A stretch of DNA of 64,000 bases from Alphaproteobacteria bacterium. GTDB lineage: Bacteria > Pseudomonadota > Alphaproteobacteria > RF32 > CAG-239. Below are positions 29,588 to 38,070 of the stretch, one piece after another. The stretch's first letter is position 1. Every line of letters starts with the position of its first letter. A program made the position numbers and the translations under genes. Location of the stretch: contig JAFVFB010000008.1 in assembly GCA_017475705.1 (NCBI GenBank), positions 17,483 to 81,482 of the forward strand, read 5' to 3'. The notes beneath the pieces were generated by a model. It did no database searches. It saw only the letters and a program-made list of their open reading frames with translations, and was not told the DNA's origin.

Positions 29588-31240
29588 ATGCTTGAAGAAA
29601 TAGTGAAACAATGCCTGCAGATGGAAGATAAATGGGATATAGATTTTGAAATTGATAAGAAACTCGCAAAATTATCTTTTCAGCAGAAATTTGAACTGGC
29701 CAAAGAATATAATCAACAAGATAATAAAAATGTTATGGCAAGCTGCGTCATCGCTAGTATAGATATAGGTATAAGAGATGATAGAGTATATGATGCAGAC
29801 AGCGTTAAAGAAATGATGGTTGCATACCGCAAATGTGCAGAAACATTATTTTCAGCTCAATCAATGGAAAAAGATGAAGAAAATAAAGAACTACTGGATA
29901 TGATGTGTAATCGTTTGCAAAGCAGTATACATCATCTCACAATAGCTCATAAAGAAACAGTTAAAGAAACTCTTGAAATTTATAATCAATATATGATTGA
30001 TAGAGTGAGCATAGGCTCTATTGGAACATATATGAGGAAAAATCCGAAAACATGGGAACAAGGATTTGAAATTATTCATAAAATCTTTGAAATCAAAAAA
30101 AGAAAAGCCCAGCTACAACATAAAGAAAATCCAGAATTAGCTTGCTCAGAACAATTGCGCATACTTTTTTTAGACTTATATGATGTAGCCACATCGCCTG
30201 AAAAAATAGCAAAAATTGTAGAGGAATATTGTTCTTTTGAAAATAATATGGATAACAGCTTTCTCCCCAAAGCAGAAGGAGAAATAGACGGCGTACACTG
30301 CTACATAGATGGAACGGAAGAGTTTGAAAATTATCCGGCCTTATTGAAACATATTTTAAGCTCTAGCATGAATAAGAGAAGAATAAACCAACTCGCTAAA
30401 GTATATGGGAAAGATAATAGAGAAGTAGAAACTTATACTTCAATTCACGGACCATTAAGCAATAATCTTGATACACCATTTAAGGTAATTTATGAAGAAT
30501 ATAAGGCAAAATATCAAGATGAGTTAAAACTTTTGGAGGCAGAATATACTCAAAAACAAAAGAGGAAAGATGCGTTTCAGTCAAAAGAACAAGAAAATAC
30601 CACAGCATTAAATTTTGATATTGATTTAATCTATGCCGGAGAAACCAGACCGACAATTGAAGGTTTTAAGAACATTGTTCCCTATAGCATATGGGGGACG
30701 AGCAAAGGAGGAATTTCACGTAAGCCCGAATATGGGCGATTATGGACATCTCCCATAGAGGAAAATGGTAAGTCTGAGTGGCAAAATTTTATAAAAGAAG
30801 GAACATGGCCCGATAAAGAAAAAGTGCTGCAAAAATATGCAAAAAGTTGGCATATTGTTCCAACAGAAGAATGTCGCATACTCGTTATAGAAAACTATAG
30901 CCAAATTGAAGAATATTGCAAAAACGATCAAACCATAGATTTTAAAAAGTTATCTAAAGACTATGATTTGCTCTACCTACCTTATGAATGTGGTTCTTGG
31001 GATGCAACATTTCGCTCATGGGATGTCAAAACAGGGTATTTTATGAATGCAAAAACCAAAGATGGTAAACCACTATTTCAAATACTTGATGATGAAGAGT
31101 ACAAGCGCTATAAGATTGAGAAGAATAGAAAAAAAGTAGCATTTCTCAAAGATAAAGATCCGTTGACAGCTAAAAAAGCAGGCAATACACAATATAACAA
31201 GGCTTTGATGCAAGCATTAAAAGAATCCAAGCAAAAATAA
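29588..31240 (+). CDS. hypothetical protein, 550 aa, K/E-rich, no signal peptide
   Basis: Strong SD (agaggagag). No domain recognised. The C-terminal third is conserved-looking and Trp/Cys-containing (..YSIWGTSKGG..WHIVPTEECRILVIENY..YECGSWDATFRSWDV..). Confidence 0.6.
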   Translation: MLEEIVKQCLQMEDKWDIDFEIDKKLAKLSFQQKFELAKEYNQQDNKNVMASCVIASIDIGIRDDRVYDADSVKEMMVAYRKCAETLFSAQSMEKDEENKELLDMMCNRLQSSIHHLTIAHKETVKETLEIYNQYMIDRVSIGSIGTYMRKNPKTWEQGFEIIHKIFEIKKRKAQLQHKENPELACSEQLRILFLDLYDVATSPEKIAKIVEEYCSFENNMDNSFLPKAEGEIDGVHCYIDGTEEFENYPALLKHILSSSMNKRRINQLAKVYGKDNREVETYTSIHGPLSNNLDTPFKVIYEEYKAKYQDELKLLEAEYTQKQKRKDAFQSKEQENTTALNFDIDLIYAGETRPTIEGFKNIVPYSIWGTSKGGISRKPEYGRLWTSPIEENGKSEWQNFIKEGTWPDKEKVLQKYAKSWHIVPTEECRILVIENYSQIEEYCKNDQTIDFKKLSKDYDLLYLPYECGSWDATFRSWDVKTGYFMNAKTKDGKPLFQILDDEEYKRYKIEKNRKKVAFLKDKDPLTAKKAGNTQYNKALMQALKESKQK

Positions 31241-31269
31241 AGAAAGGAGCAACTAAGCTCCTTTCTTTT
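31239..31269. terminator. bidirectional intrinsic terminator
   Basis: aaagaaaggagc-aacta-agctcctttcttt, between convergent genes (the 550-aa ORF and aspS). Confidence 0.8.
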
Positions 31270-31274
31270 ATATT

Positions 31275-33041
31275 TCAAGCCTTATCTTCCACCAGCTGAA
31301 TATGCAAATCATCAATTTGCTGCTGACTGACCGTATTTGGCGCTTGCATGAGTAAATCCTGCGCTTTACCATTGAGAGGGAAGAGAATAACATCACGGAT
31401 AATAGGCTCATCCAACAGCAACATAACCGTCCGATCAACTCCAGGTGCGCAGCCAGCGTGAGGGGGTGCCCCATATTTGAAAGCATTAATCATTCCTCCA
31501 AATTTACTATCAACCACACTATGGTCATAACCGGCCAATTCAAAAGCCTTATACATAATTTCTGGTTTATGATTTCTAACGGCTCCTGATGCCAGTTCAA
31601 CCCCATTGCAAACCATATCATACTGATAAGCCAAAATTTCAAAAGGATTTTCATTCAATAAAGCATCCATACCACCTTGTGGCATGGAAAATGGGTTATG
31701 CGAAAACTCAACTGAACCGGTCTCTTCATTTTCCTCATAAAATGGGAAATCAACAATCCAACAAATGCGGAAAGCATCCTTTTCAATGATATCCAACTCT
31801 TCGCCGAGTTTGGTACGGACTTTGCCGGCAAATTTGCTAATGTGCTTCTTATCACCGCCCATAAAGACGATAGCATCGCCTTCTGCAATTCCAAAGGTAT
31901 TTTTAAGCTCAGCCATTTTTTCTTCATTAAAGAATTTAGCAATACCTTTAGCCCCATTTGTAGATAAGGCAACATAGGCAATGCCGCCGAAACCTTCTGC
32001 TTTGGCAAAGCCATCAAGTTTATCAAAGAAAGAACGAGGTTTGTCGCCACATTGTGGTAAAACAATCGCCCGTAACAATTCTCCGTTTGCAGCCTTGTTA
32101 TCATAAACACCAAAACCTGAATTATTAAAAAACGCTGTAGCATCTTGAATAATCAAAGGATTGCGTAAATCTGGCTTATCTGTGCCGTATTTCAGCATGG
32201 ATTCCCTAAAGGCAATTCGTTCGAAAGGCGCTTGGCTGACTTTTTTCCCTTTGCCAAACTCATTAAAAATTGTTCCCATAGTCTTTTCCATAACTTGAAA
32301 AACATCTTCTTGTGTGGCAAAAGACATCTCCATATCCAGCTGATAAAATTCACCAGGGCTTCTATCTGCACGTGGATCTTCATCACGGAAGCATGGCGCG
32401 ATTTGAAAATATTTATCAAAACCAGAGACCATCAGCAATTGTTTGAATTGTTGTGGAGATTGTGGCAAGGCATAAAACTTGCCGGGATTAAGCCTCGATG
32501 GAACTAAAAAGTCACGAGCACCTTCAGGAGAAGAAGCTGTAAGGATAGGGGTCTGATATTCTAAAAATCCTTGCTCATTCATCAATTCACGCATTCTTTT
32601 AATCACTTGACAGCGTAAAACAATGTTAGCGTGAATTTTTTCCCGTCGCAAATCTAGGAAACGATATTTGAGGCGCATATCTTCAGGAGAATTATCGTCT
32701 CCAAAAACCTGAATAGGAAGTACGTCAGCCATTGAATGCAGCTCGATATGGGTAACCCGAACTTCTACATCACCTGTAGGCATATTTTTATTAACACTCT
32801 CACGCATAATAACTGTTCCATCAACAGTAATAACACTTTCAACCCGAATATCTTCTATTTGTTGAAATAAATCACTGGAACGATCTATCACACATTGAGT
32901 GATTCCATAATGATCACGCAAATCAACAAAACACAAACTGCCTAAATTGCGTTTTCGGTGGATCCAACCTGAAAGTTTAACAGTTTGCCCAGCATGAGAA
33001 GCTCTGAGCGCACCGCAAGTATGAGTTCTGTATTCTAACAT
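31275..33041 (-). CDS. aspS: aspartate--tRNA ligase
   Basis: Class IIb: RTHTCG.., [47 protein letters not shown]. Start moved to ATG 33041 (SD agagga) from the track's 33104. Confidence 0.95.
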   Translation of the reverse strand: MLEYRTHTCGALRASHAGQTVKLSGWIHRKRNLGSLCFVDLRDHYGITQCVIDRSSDLFQQIEDIRVESVITVDGTVIMRESVNKNMPTGDVEVRVTHIELHSMADVLPIQVFGDDNSPEDMRLKYRFLDLRREKIHANIVLRCQVIKRMRELMNEQGFLEYQTPILTASSPEGARDFLVPSRLNPGKFYALPQSPQQFKQLLMVSGFDKYFQIAPCFRDEDPRADRSPGEFYQLDMEMSFATQEDVFQVMEKTMGTIFNEFGKGKKVSQAPFERIAFRESMLKYGTDKPDLRNPLIIQDATAFFNNSGFGVYDNKAANGELLRAIVLPQCGDKPRSFFDKLDGFAKAEGFGGIAYVALSTNGAKGIAKFFNEEKMAELKNTFGIAEGDAIVFMGGDKKHISKFAGKVRTKLGEELDIIEKDAFRICWIVDFPFYEENEETGSVEFSHNPFSMPQGGMDALLNENPFEILAYQYDMVCNGVELASGAVRNHKPEIMYKAFELAGYDHSVVDSKFGGMINAFKYGAPPHAGCAPGVDRTVMLLLDEPIIRDVILFPLNGKAQDLLMQAPNTVSQQQIDDLHIQLVEDKA

Positions 33042-33167
33042 TAATTCCTCTAGAAAAATTATAAGCAATGCCGTCATTCTTAACCTAAAATATCGGAAAA
33101 GCAAGTCAAAATTAAAAAAATCTTAAACTATCCGCTCTAAACTTATAACAAAAGAGGAAAAACCGCA

Positions 33168-34337
33168 ATGACATTAATCAATAACACCAAACAATTGCAA
33201 GATGCCTGCAAAGCACTAAAAAAACAAAAGGTTATTGCAATCGATTGTGAATTTATTCGCGAAAAAACTTATTATCCGATTCCTTGTTTAATACAAATAG
33301 GCTATGCCTCTGGAGCAATACTGATTGATCCTTTAGCAGAAGATATGGATATGCAGGTTTTTTTTGAAATTTTGCAAAATAATAAAATATTAAAAGTCTT
33401 TCATTCCGGCAGACAGGATATTGAAATACTATATAATCTATCCGGTCAGATACCTGTTCCGGTATTCGATACGCAAATTGCAGCGCAAGCCTGTGGTCTA
33501 GGAGAATCTGTTAGCTACGAAAATCTAGTGCGCTATTACTGTAATACCGAATTGGATAAGTCTTGTCGTTTAACAAATTGGCAAATGCGTCCCCTGACTG
33601 AGGAACAGTTAGCCTATGCGGCAGGTGATGTTACCCATCTGTTGGTATGCTATGAAAAAATAGCGTCCTATTTGCAAGAAACCAATCGCCAAGCATGGAT
33701 TAAAGAAGAAATGGATGATTTAATCGATTTAAAACATTATGCTATTAATCCAGAAGATGCATGGCAAAAAATACGTCACAATATTCACTCAAGTAAGTTT
33801 TTAAACGCCTTAAAGACATTAGCTAGTTGGCGCGAAAAAAGGGCAATGAGACAAAATGTTTCCCGTCAAACTATCATCAAAGATGAAATACTAGTCAACA
33901 TAGCAACAGCAAATCCTAAAAATGCAGAAGAATTAAGACAAGTTCGCGGTATGCGAGCAGATATTGCTCATAGTGTTTTAGCAACGGAAATACTGCAAGC
34001 ATTAGCGGAATTAAAAGCACAAGGTCTAGACAAGACATTAGTTAAAATTGATCGCGAAAAAGAGGTGTCCTTACCTTCATCAGGGCAGTCACTATATGAA
34101 ATACTAAAATTGTTATTGAAAATTAAAAGTATTGAATATGGAGTAGTGACACACCTGATTACTTCTGAAAAAAATTTACGAGAATATATCATTAATCCCA
34201 AAAAAAATATCATATCTAGCGGCTGGCGCTATGAAGTATTTGGAAAAATAGCCGCGGAATTTTGTCGTGGAGAATTGGCAATAACCTATAATCCAGAACA
34301 GCAGAAAATCCATTTTCTAGAAAATAAAAATCAATAA
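33168..34337 (+). CDS. rnd: ribonuclease D
   Basis: DEDD exonuclease motifs IAIDCEF, FHSGRQDIE, YAAGDVTHL, followed by an HRDC-like region. Confidence 0.9.
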   Translation: MTLINNTKQLQDACKALKKQKVIAIDCEFIREKTYYPIPCLIQIGYASGAILIDPLAEDMDMQVFFEILQNNKILKVFHSGRQDIEILYNLSGQIPVPVFDTQIAAQACGLGESVSYENLVRYYCNTELDKSCRLTNWQMRPLTEEQLAYAAGDVTHLLVCYEKIASYLQETNRQAWIKEEMDDLIDLKHYAINPEDAWQKIRHNIHSSKFLNALKTLASWREKRAMRQNVSRQTIIKDEILVNIATANPKNAEELRQVRGMRADIAHSVLATEILQALAELKAQGLDKTLVKIDREKEVSLPSSGQSLYEILKLLLKIKSIEYGVVTHLITSEKNLREYIINPKKNIISSGWRYEVFGKIAAEFCRGELAITYNPEQQKIHFLENKNQ

Positions 34338-34678
34338 CAAGTTGAATACACTTGCGCGACAATTTCTTGATGTAAAATCACTTTAACGCTACAAGCAAGA
34401 CCTTGCTGAGAGGAGCGCGGTGGATTATAGGTTATCAATTCCCCGCCGCCAAGAGGTCGATAATTCGTGTAATAAATCCACATCACATCACCATTATCTA
34501 AATTATGTACAGAATTTGGCGCACCATTATCATCAAATAAAGCCGCAAGGCTTTGCCCTCGGTAAGCTGTTATATTCTGTATTGGATAAGTTGCCCGCAT
34601 ATCTGTAACTTGCTCCCAAGAGCATCCACTAAGCGCAAAAATAGCACTAGCAAGCATAATCCACCAATATTTAAACAT
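34331..34678 (-). CDS. hypothetical lipoprotein
   Basis: Start at ATG 34678 (SD gggagg) gives MFKYWWIMLASAIFALSGC (lipobox LSGC). 115 aa. The 3' end overlaps the rnd stop by 7 nt (convergent). Confidence 0.6.
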   Translation of the reverse strand: MFKYWWIMLASAIFALSGCSWEQVTDMRATYPIQNITAYRGQSLAALFDDNGAPNSVHNLDNGDVMWIYYTNYRPLGGGELITYNPPRSSQQGLACSVKVILHQEIVAQVYSTCY

Positions 34679-34840
34679 CTCATACCTCCCGCTTGGGAGA
34701 TGATATAAGCTTAAAAAAAACAATTTCAAGAAAAGTCTTGCAAAAGAAAAACAGTTTAAACCATCATAGTCACCAAATATCCAAACTTTAGGCACAATTC
34801 AATGCATATTAAAGAAGGGATATTTGGTAAATGACGTATT

Positions 34841-37480
34841 TTAGCATGTTTCATTGAGTTTATGCTTAACGGCCTCGAATGCCTGCTGAAGTTTGCTTGC
34901 ATCTGGCCCCCCGGCTTGCGCCATATCAGGACGCCCGCCGCCGCCTTGCCCACCGACTGCTGCCGCGGCAACTTTCACCAGATCAACTGCCGAGTATTTA
35001 GATGTTAAATCTTTGGTAACTCCGACAACAATAGAGGCTTTTCCATCTCTATCAGTTGCCAGGACCATAACCGCAGAACCAAGGTTTTGACTCATTTCAT
35101 CAATAAAGCTTTTTAACTCTTTGGGATGAACATCTGGAATAACTTTGCCAACAAACCTAACACCGTTGACCATCTCAGCCTCAGAAGCAGCTTTTGAGCT
35201 GCCTGCTGCTAAATTCTTTTTAAGATCAAGAATCTCTGCTTCCATCTTTTTCCGTTCAGTCAGTATATTTTTAAGCCGCACCTCTAAATCATTAACATTC
35301 GTTTTCAAAATATCACACACATCATGTAATTTGGTTTCTATTTCATCAACATATTCTTCAGCGCATTTTCCTGTAACGCATTCAATTCGTCGTACACCGG
35401 CAGAAACAGCCGATTCGGATAAGATATTGAAGTAGCCGATATCTCCAGTTTCAGAGACGTGCGTTCCACCGCAAAGTTCACGCGAATAAATTTCTCCATC
35501 TTTTTCCATCGTGACAACACGAACTTCTTCACCATATTTTTCGCCAAACAAAGCCATTGCCCCAGTTTTGACAGCATCTTCTTGGTTCATCAAAACCGTA
35601 TTAACCTTATAGTTATGTCGGATAGCAGCATTCACCATATCTTCAGCAAGTTTCAATTGCTCAGTTGTAATTTGTTGCGGATGAGAAACATCAAAACGCA
35701 TCCGTTCTGCCGCGACCATAGAACCTTTTTGAGTGACATGTTCACCTAAAATTGTACGCAATGCTTTGTGAACTAAGTGAGTAACGGAATGGTTAGCACA
35801 AATTTTCTGGCGGGTTTCGACATCAACAGCAAAAGTAGCGCAATCACCAAGATGAACAGTTCCTTCCAGCAGGCGGCAACAGTGAACAAAAACAGTATCA
35901 AGTTTACGTTTTGTATCATATACTTCTGCCTTAAAATGTTTATTGCTGATAATACCTGTATCACCGACTTGACCACCGCATTCACCATAAAAAGGTGTTT
36001 GATTGGCAACAAGATAAAATTCACCTTCTGCAACATCAGGGACCATTTGACCGTTTTTTATTAGAGCCGTAATGCTGCCATCACTTTTAGTTGTCGTATA
36101 ACCAAGAAATTCACTACTGCCAATTTTTTCTTTAACTTCAAACCAAATTTTTTCTGTTCCCTCATCACCTGAACCAGCCCAGTTCTTACGAGCTTCAGCT
36201 TTTTGTTTATCCATAGCTTCATCAAAACCCTTGGTATCCACATTAATCTCTTTAAGTTTAAGCGCATCTTGTGTTAAATCAAGCGGAAAGCCATAGGTAT
36301 CATACAACTTAAAAGCTATTTCACCGCTAAGCGTATCTCCTGAATGCAAATCTTTGGTTTCTTCATCAAGTAAACGCATACCTTTATCCAATGTCTTACC
36401 GAAACGCGTTTCTTCAGAATGAATAGTTTCCATAATTAATTTTTCAAAACGATAAAGTTCTGGGTAAGCCTCCCCCATTTCTTGTTGAAGAACCGGCAGA
36501 AGTTTATACATCATCGGTTCTTTAACTCCTAAAAGATAGGCGTGACGCATCGCCCGACGCATAATCCGGCGTAAAACATAGCCACGCCCCTCATTAGAAG
36601 GGAGAACTCCATCAGCAATTAAAAAGCTCATCGCACGCAAGTGGTCTGCAATCACATTATGTGAAGCTTTAAGTTCACCATTCGGGTCTGTGTTAGCAAT
36701 ATCAGCGATAGCTTTAATAAGATGCTGGAAAGTATCAATCTCAAAATTAGAATGGACGCCTTGTAAAATAGCTGCAATTCGCTCCAATCCCATGCCTGTA
36801 TCAATTGAAGGCTTTTTAAGATTGATACGGCTGCCATCCGGCAAATCTTCAAACTGATCAAAAACTAAGTTCCAAATTTCAATAAAACGGTCGCCATCTT
36901 CTTCTGGTGTGCCGGGAAGACCGCCCCAAACTTCCGGCCCATGATCATAGAAAATCTCAGAACAAGGTCCACATGGACCAGTATCTCCCATTTGCCAAAA
37001 ATTATCTTTAGTAGCAATACGGATAATTCGCTCATCAGCAAGACCAGAAACTTTTTTCCAAATTTTATAGGCATCATCATCTGTATGGTAAATGGTTACA
37101 GCTAATTTTTCTTTAGGTAAGCCAAACTCTTTTGTGAGCAATTCCCAAGCATAATAAATGGCTTCTTCCTTAAAGTAATCACCAAAAGAAAAATTACCTA
37201 ACATCTCAAAAAAAGTATGATGGCGAACATCGTATCCAACACTATCTAAATCATTATGCTTACCGCCGGCACGTACGCTTTTTTGGGAAGTGGCAGCTCG
37301 CGTATAATCTCTGGTTTCATTGCCGGCTAAGATATTCTTAAATTGGACCATACCGGAATTGGTAAACATTAAGGTTGGATCATTGTCCGGTACCAATGAA
37401 GAAGCAGGAACTATTTTATGCCCATTCTTTTCAAAATAGTTTAAAAACGTTTTTCTTATTTGATTAACACTTACAGTCAT
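34841..37480 (-). CDS. alaS: alanine--tRNA ligase
   Basis: 879 aa. Class II core (..[14 protein letters not shown]..), editing-domain [12 protein letters not shown]-terminal [16 protein letters not shown]. Confidence 0.97.
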   Translation of the reverse strand: MTVSVNQIRKTFLNYFEKNGHKIVPASSLVPDNDPTLMFTNSGMVQFKNILAGNETRDYTRAATSQKSVRAGGKHNDLDSVGYDVRHHTFFEMLGNFSFGDYFKEEAIYYAWELLTKEFGLPKEKLAVTIYHTDDDAYKIWKKVSGLADERIIRIATKDNFWQMGDTGPCGPCSEIFYDHGPEVWGGLPGTPEEDGDRFIEIWNLVFDQFEDLPDGSRINLKKPSIDTGMGLERIAAILQGVHSNFEIDTFQHLIKAIADIANTDPNGELKASHNVIADHLRAMSFLIADGVLPSNEGRGYVLRRIMRRAMRHAYLLGVKEPMMYKLLPVLQQEMGEAYPELYRFEKLIMETIHSEETRFGKTLDKGMRLLDEETKDLHSGDTLSGEIAFKLYDTYGFPLDLTQDALKLKEINVDTKGFDEAMDKQKAEARKNWAGSGDEGTEKIWFEVKEKIGSSEFLGYTTTKSDGSITALIKNGQMVPDVAEGEFYLVANQTPFYGECGGQVGDTGIISNKHFKAEVYDTKRKLDTVFVHCCRLLEGTVHLGDCATFAVDVETRQKICANHSVTHLVHKALRTILGEHVTQKGSMVAAERMRFDVSHPQQITTEQLKLAEDMVNAAIRHNYKVNTVLMNQEDAVKTGAMALFGEKYGEEVRVVTMEKDGEIYSRELCGGTHVSETGDIGYFNILSESAVSAGVRRIECVTGKCAEEYVDEIETKLHDVCDILKTNVNDLEVRLKNILTERKKMEAEILDLKKNLAAGSSKAASEAEMVNGVRFVGKVIPDVHPKELKSFIDEMSQNLGSAVMVLATDRDGKASIVVGVTKDLTSKYSAVDLVKVAAAAVGGQGGGGRPDMAQAGGPDASKLQQAFEAVKHKLNETC

Positions 37481-37590
37481 TTTTTACTTCCCAAAGATAA
37501 ATTAAAAACTCAACCAAGGAAAAATACAGCAATTTTTTTTGTATGTAAAGTTTAAATTTAGAAGATATATAATATCTTAGAGATTTTATA

Positions 37591-37619
37591 TTGACAAATA
37601 TCTCGACAAATGATACAAT
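37591..37619 (+). promoter_or_regulatory. near-consensus sigma70 promoter (TTGACA-17-TACAAT)
   Basis: TTGACA at 37591-37596 and TACAAT at 37614-37619. The ATG follows about 15 nt after the predicted transcription start. Confidence 0.6.
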
Positions 37620-37640
37620 CAACACACAAAATTAATTATT

Positions 37641-38003
37641 ATGAAGAAGTATTTATTTTGCTACATGTGTTGCCTGATGGTAGCCTGTAGCGCATACGCC
37701 CAGGGGAAGATTCCATTCATCCCCGAAAAGACCACAACCACCACCGTTGTGGCAGTGAAAAACCTATTTTTCGTACCTACGGCTGAAAATGCCTATGTGT
37801 TCGAAAAAAAAGGAGAAGACCAGTACAAGCTGCTGGTGCATGTTGCATTCCCCTGTACATCAGAGGAACCTACATACATCAGTAAGGAGGATGGTGATAG
37901 CGTCATCTTTCGGGTTCATTTCAAATGCCACGGCCGCTGGTATAAGAAGGAACTAGGGAAGGCCAAAGAAAAAGATGGCCGCTTGAACTGGATTAGACCA
38001 TAA
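37641..38003 (+). CDS. small secreted protein (signal peptide, AYA|QG cleavage or MVAC lipobox), unknown function
   Basis: 120 aa. No SD (aaattaattattATG). Enriched for G/C-ending codons (AAG, CTG, ACC, TTC, TAC), unlike the flanking genes. Flanked by its own promoter and terminator. Confidence 0.6.
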   Translation: MKKYLFCYMCCLMVACSAYAQGKIPFIPEKTTTTTVVAVKNLFFVPTAENAYVFEKKGEDQYKLLVHVAFPCTSEEPTYISKEDGDSVIFRVHFKCHGRWYKKELGKAKEKDGRLNWIRP

Positions 38004-38006
38004 AAA

Positions 38007-38036
38007 AGAATGTCTTACATAAGACATTCTTTTTTT
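38007..38036 (+). terminator. intrinsic terminator
   Basis: agaatgtctta-cat-aagacattct followed by TTTTTT. Confidence 0.85.
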
Positions 38037-38070
38037 AAGAAAGACATGAAAAATACATAAGGTACGAAAG

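Noticed and set aside
34773-34827. 10-bp inverted repeat ccaaatatcc ... ggatatttgg downstream of alaS
   Set aside because: The loop is 35 nt and there is no T-run on either strand. It could be an operator or a chance match in A/T-rich DNA, and I cannot support a function.
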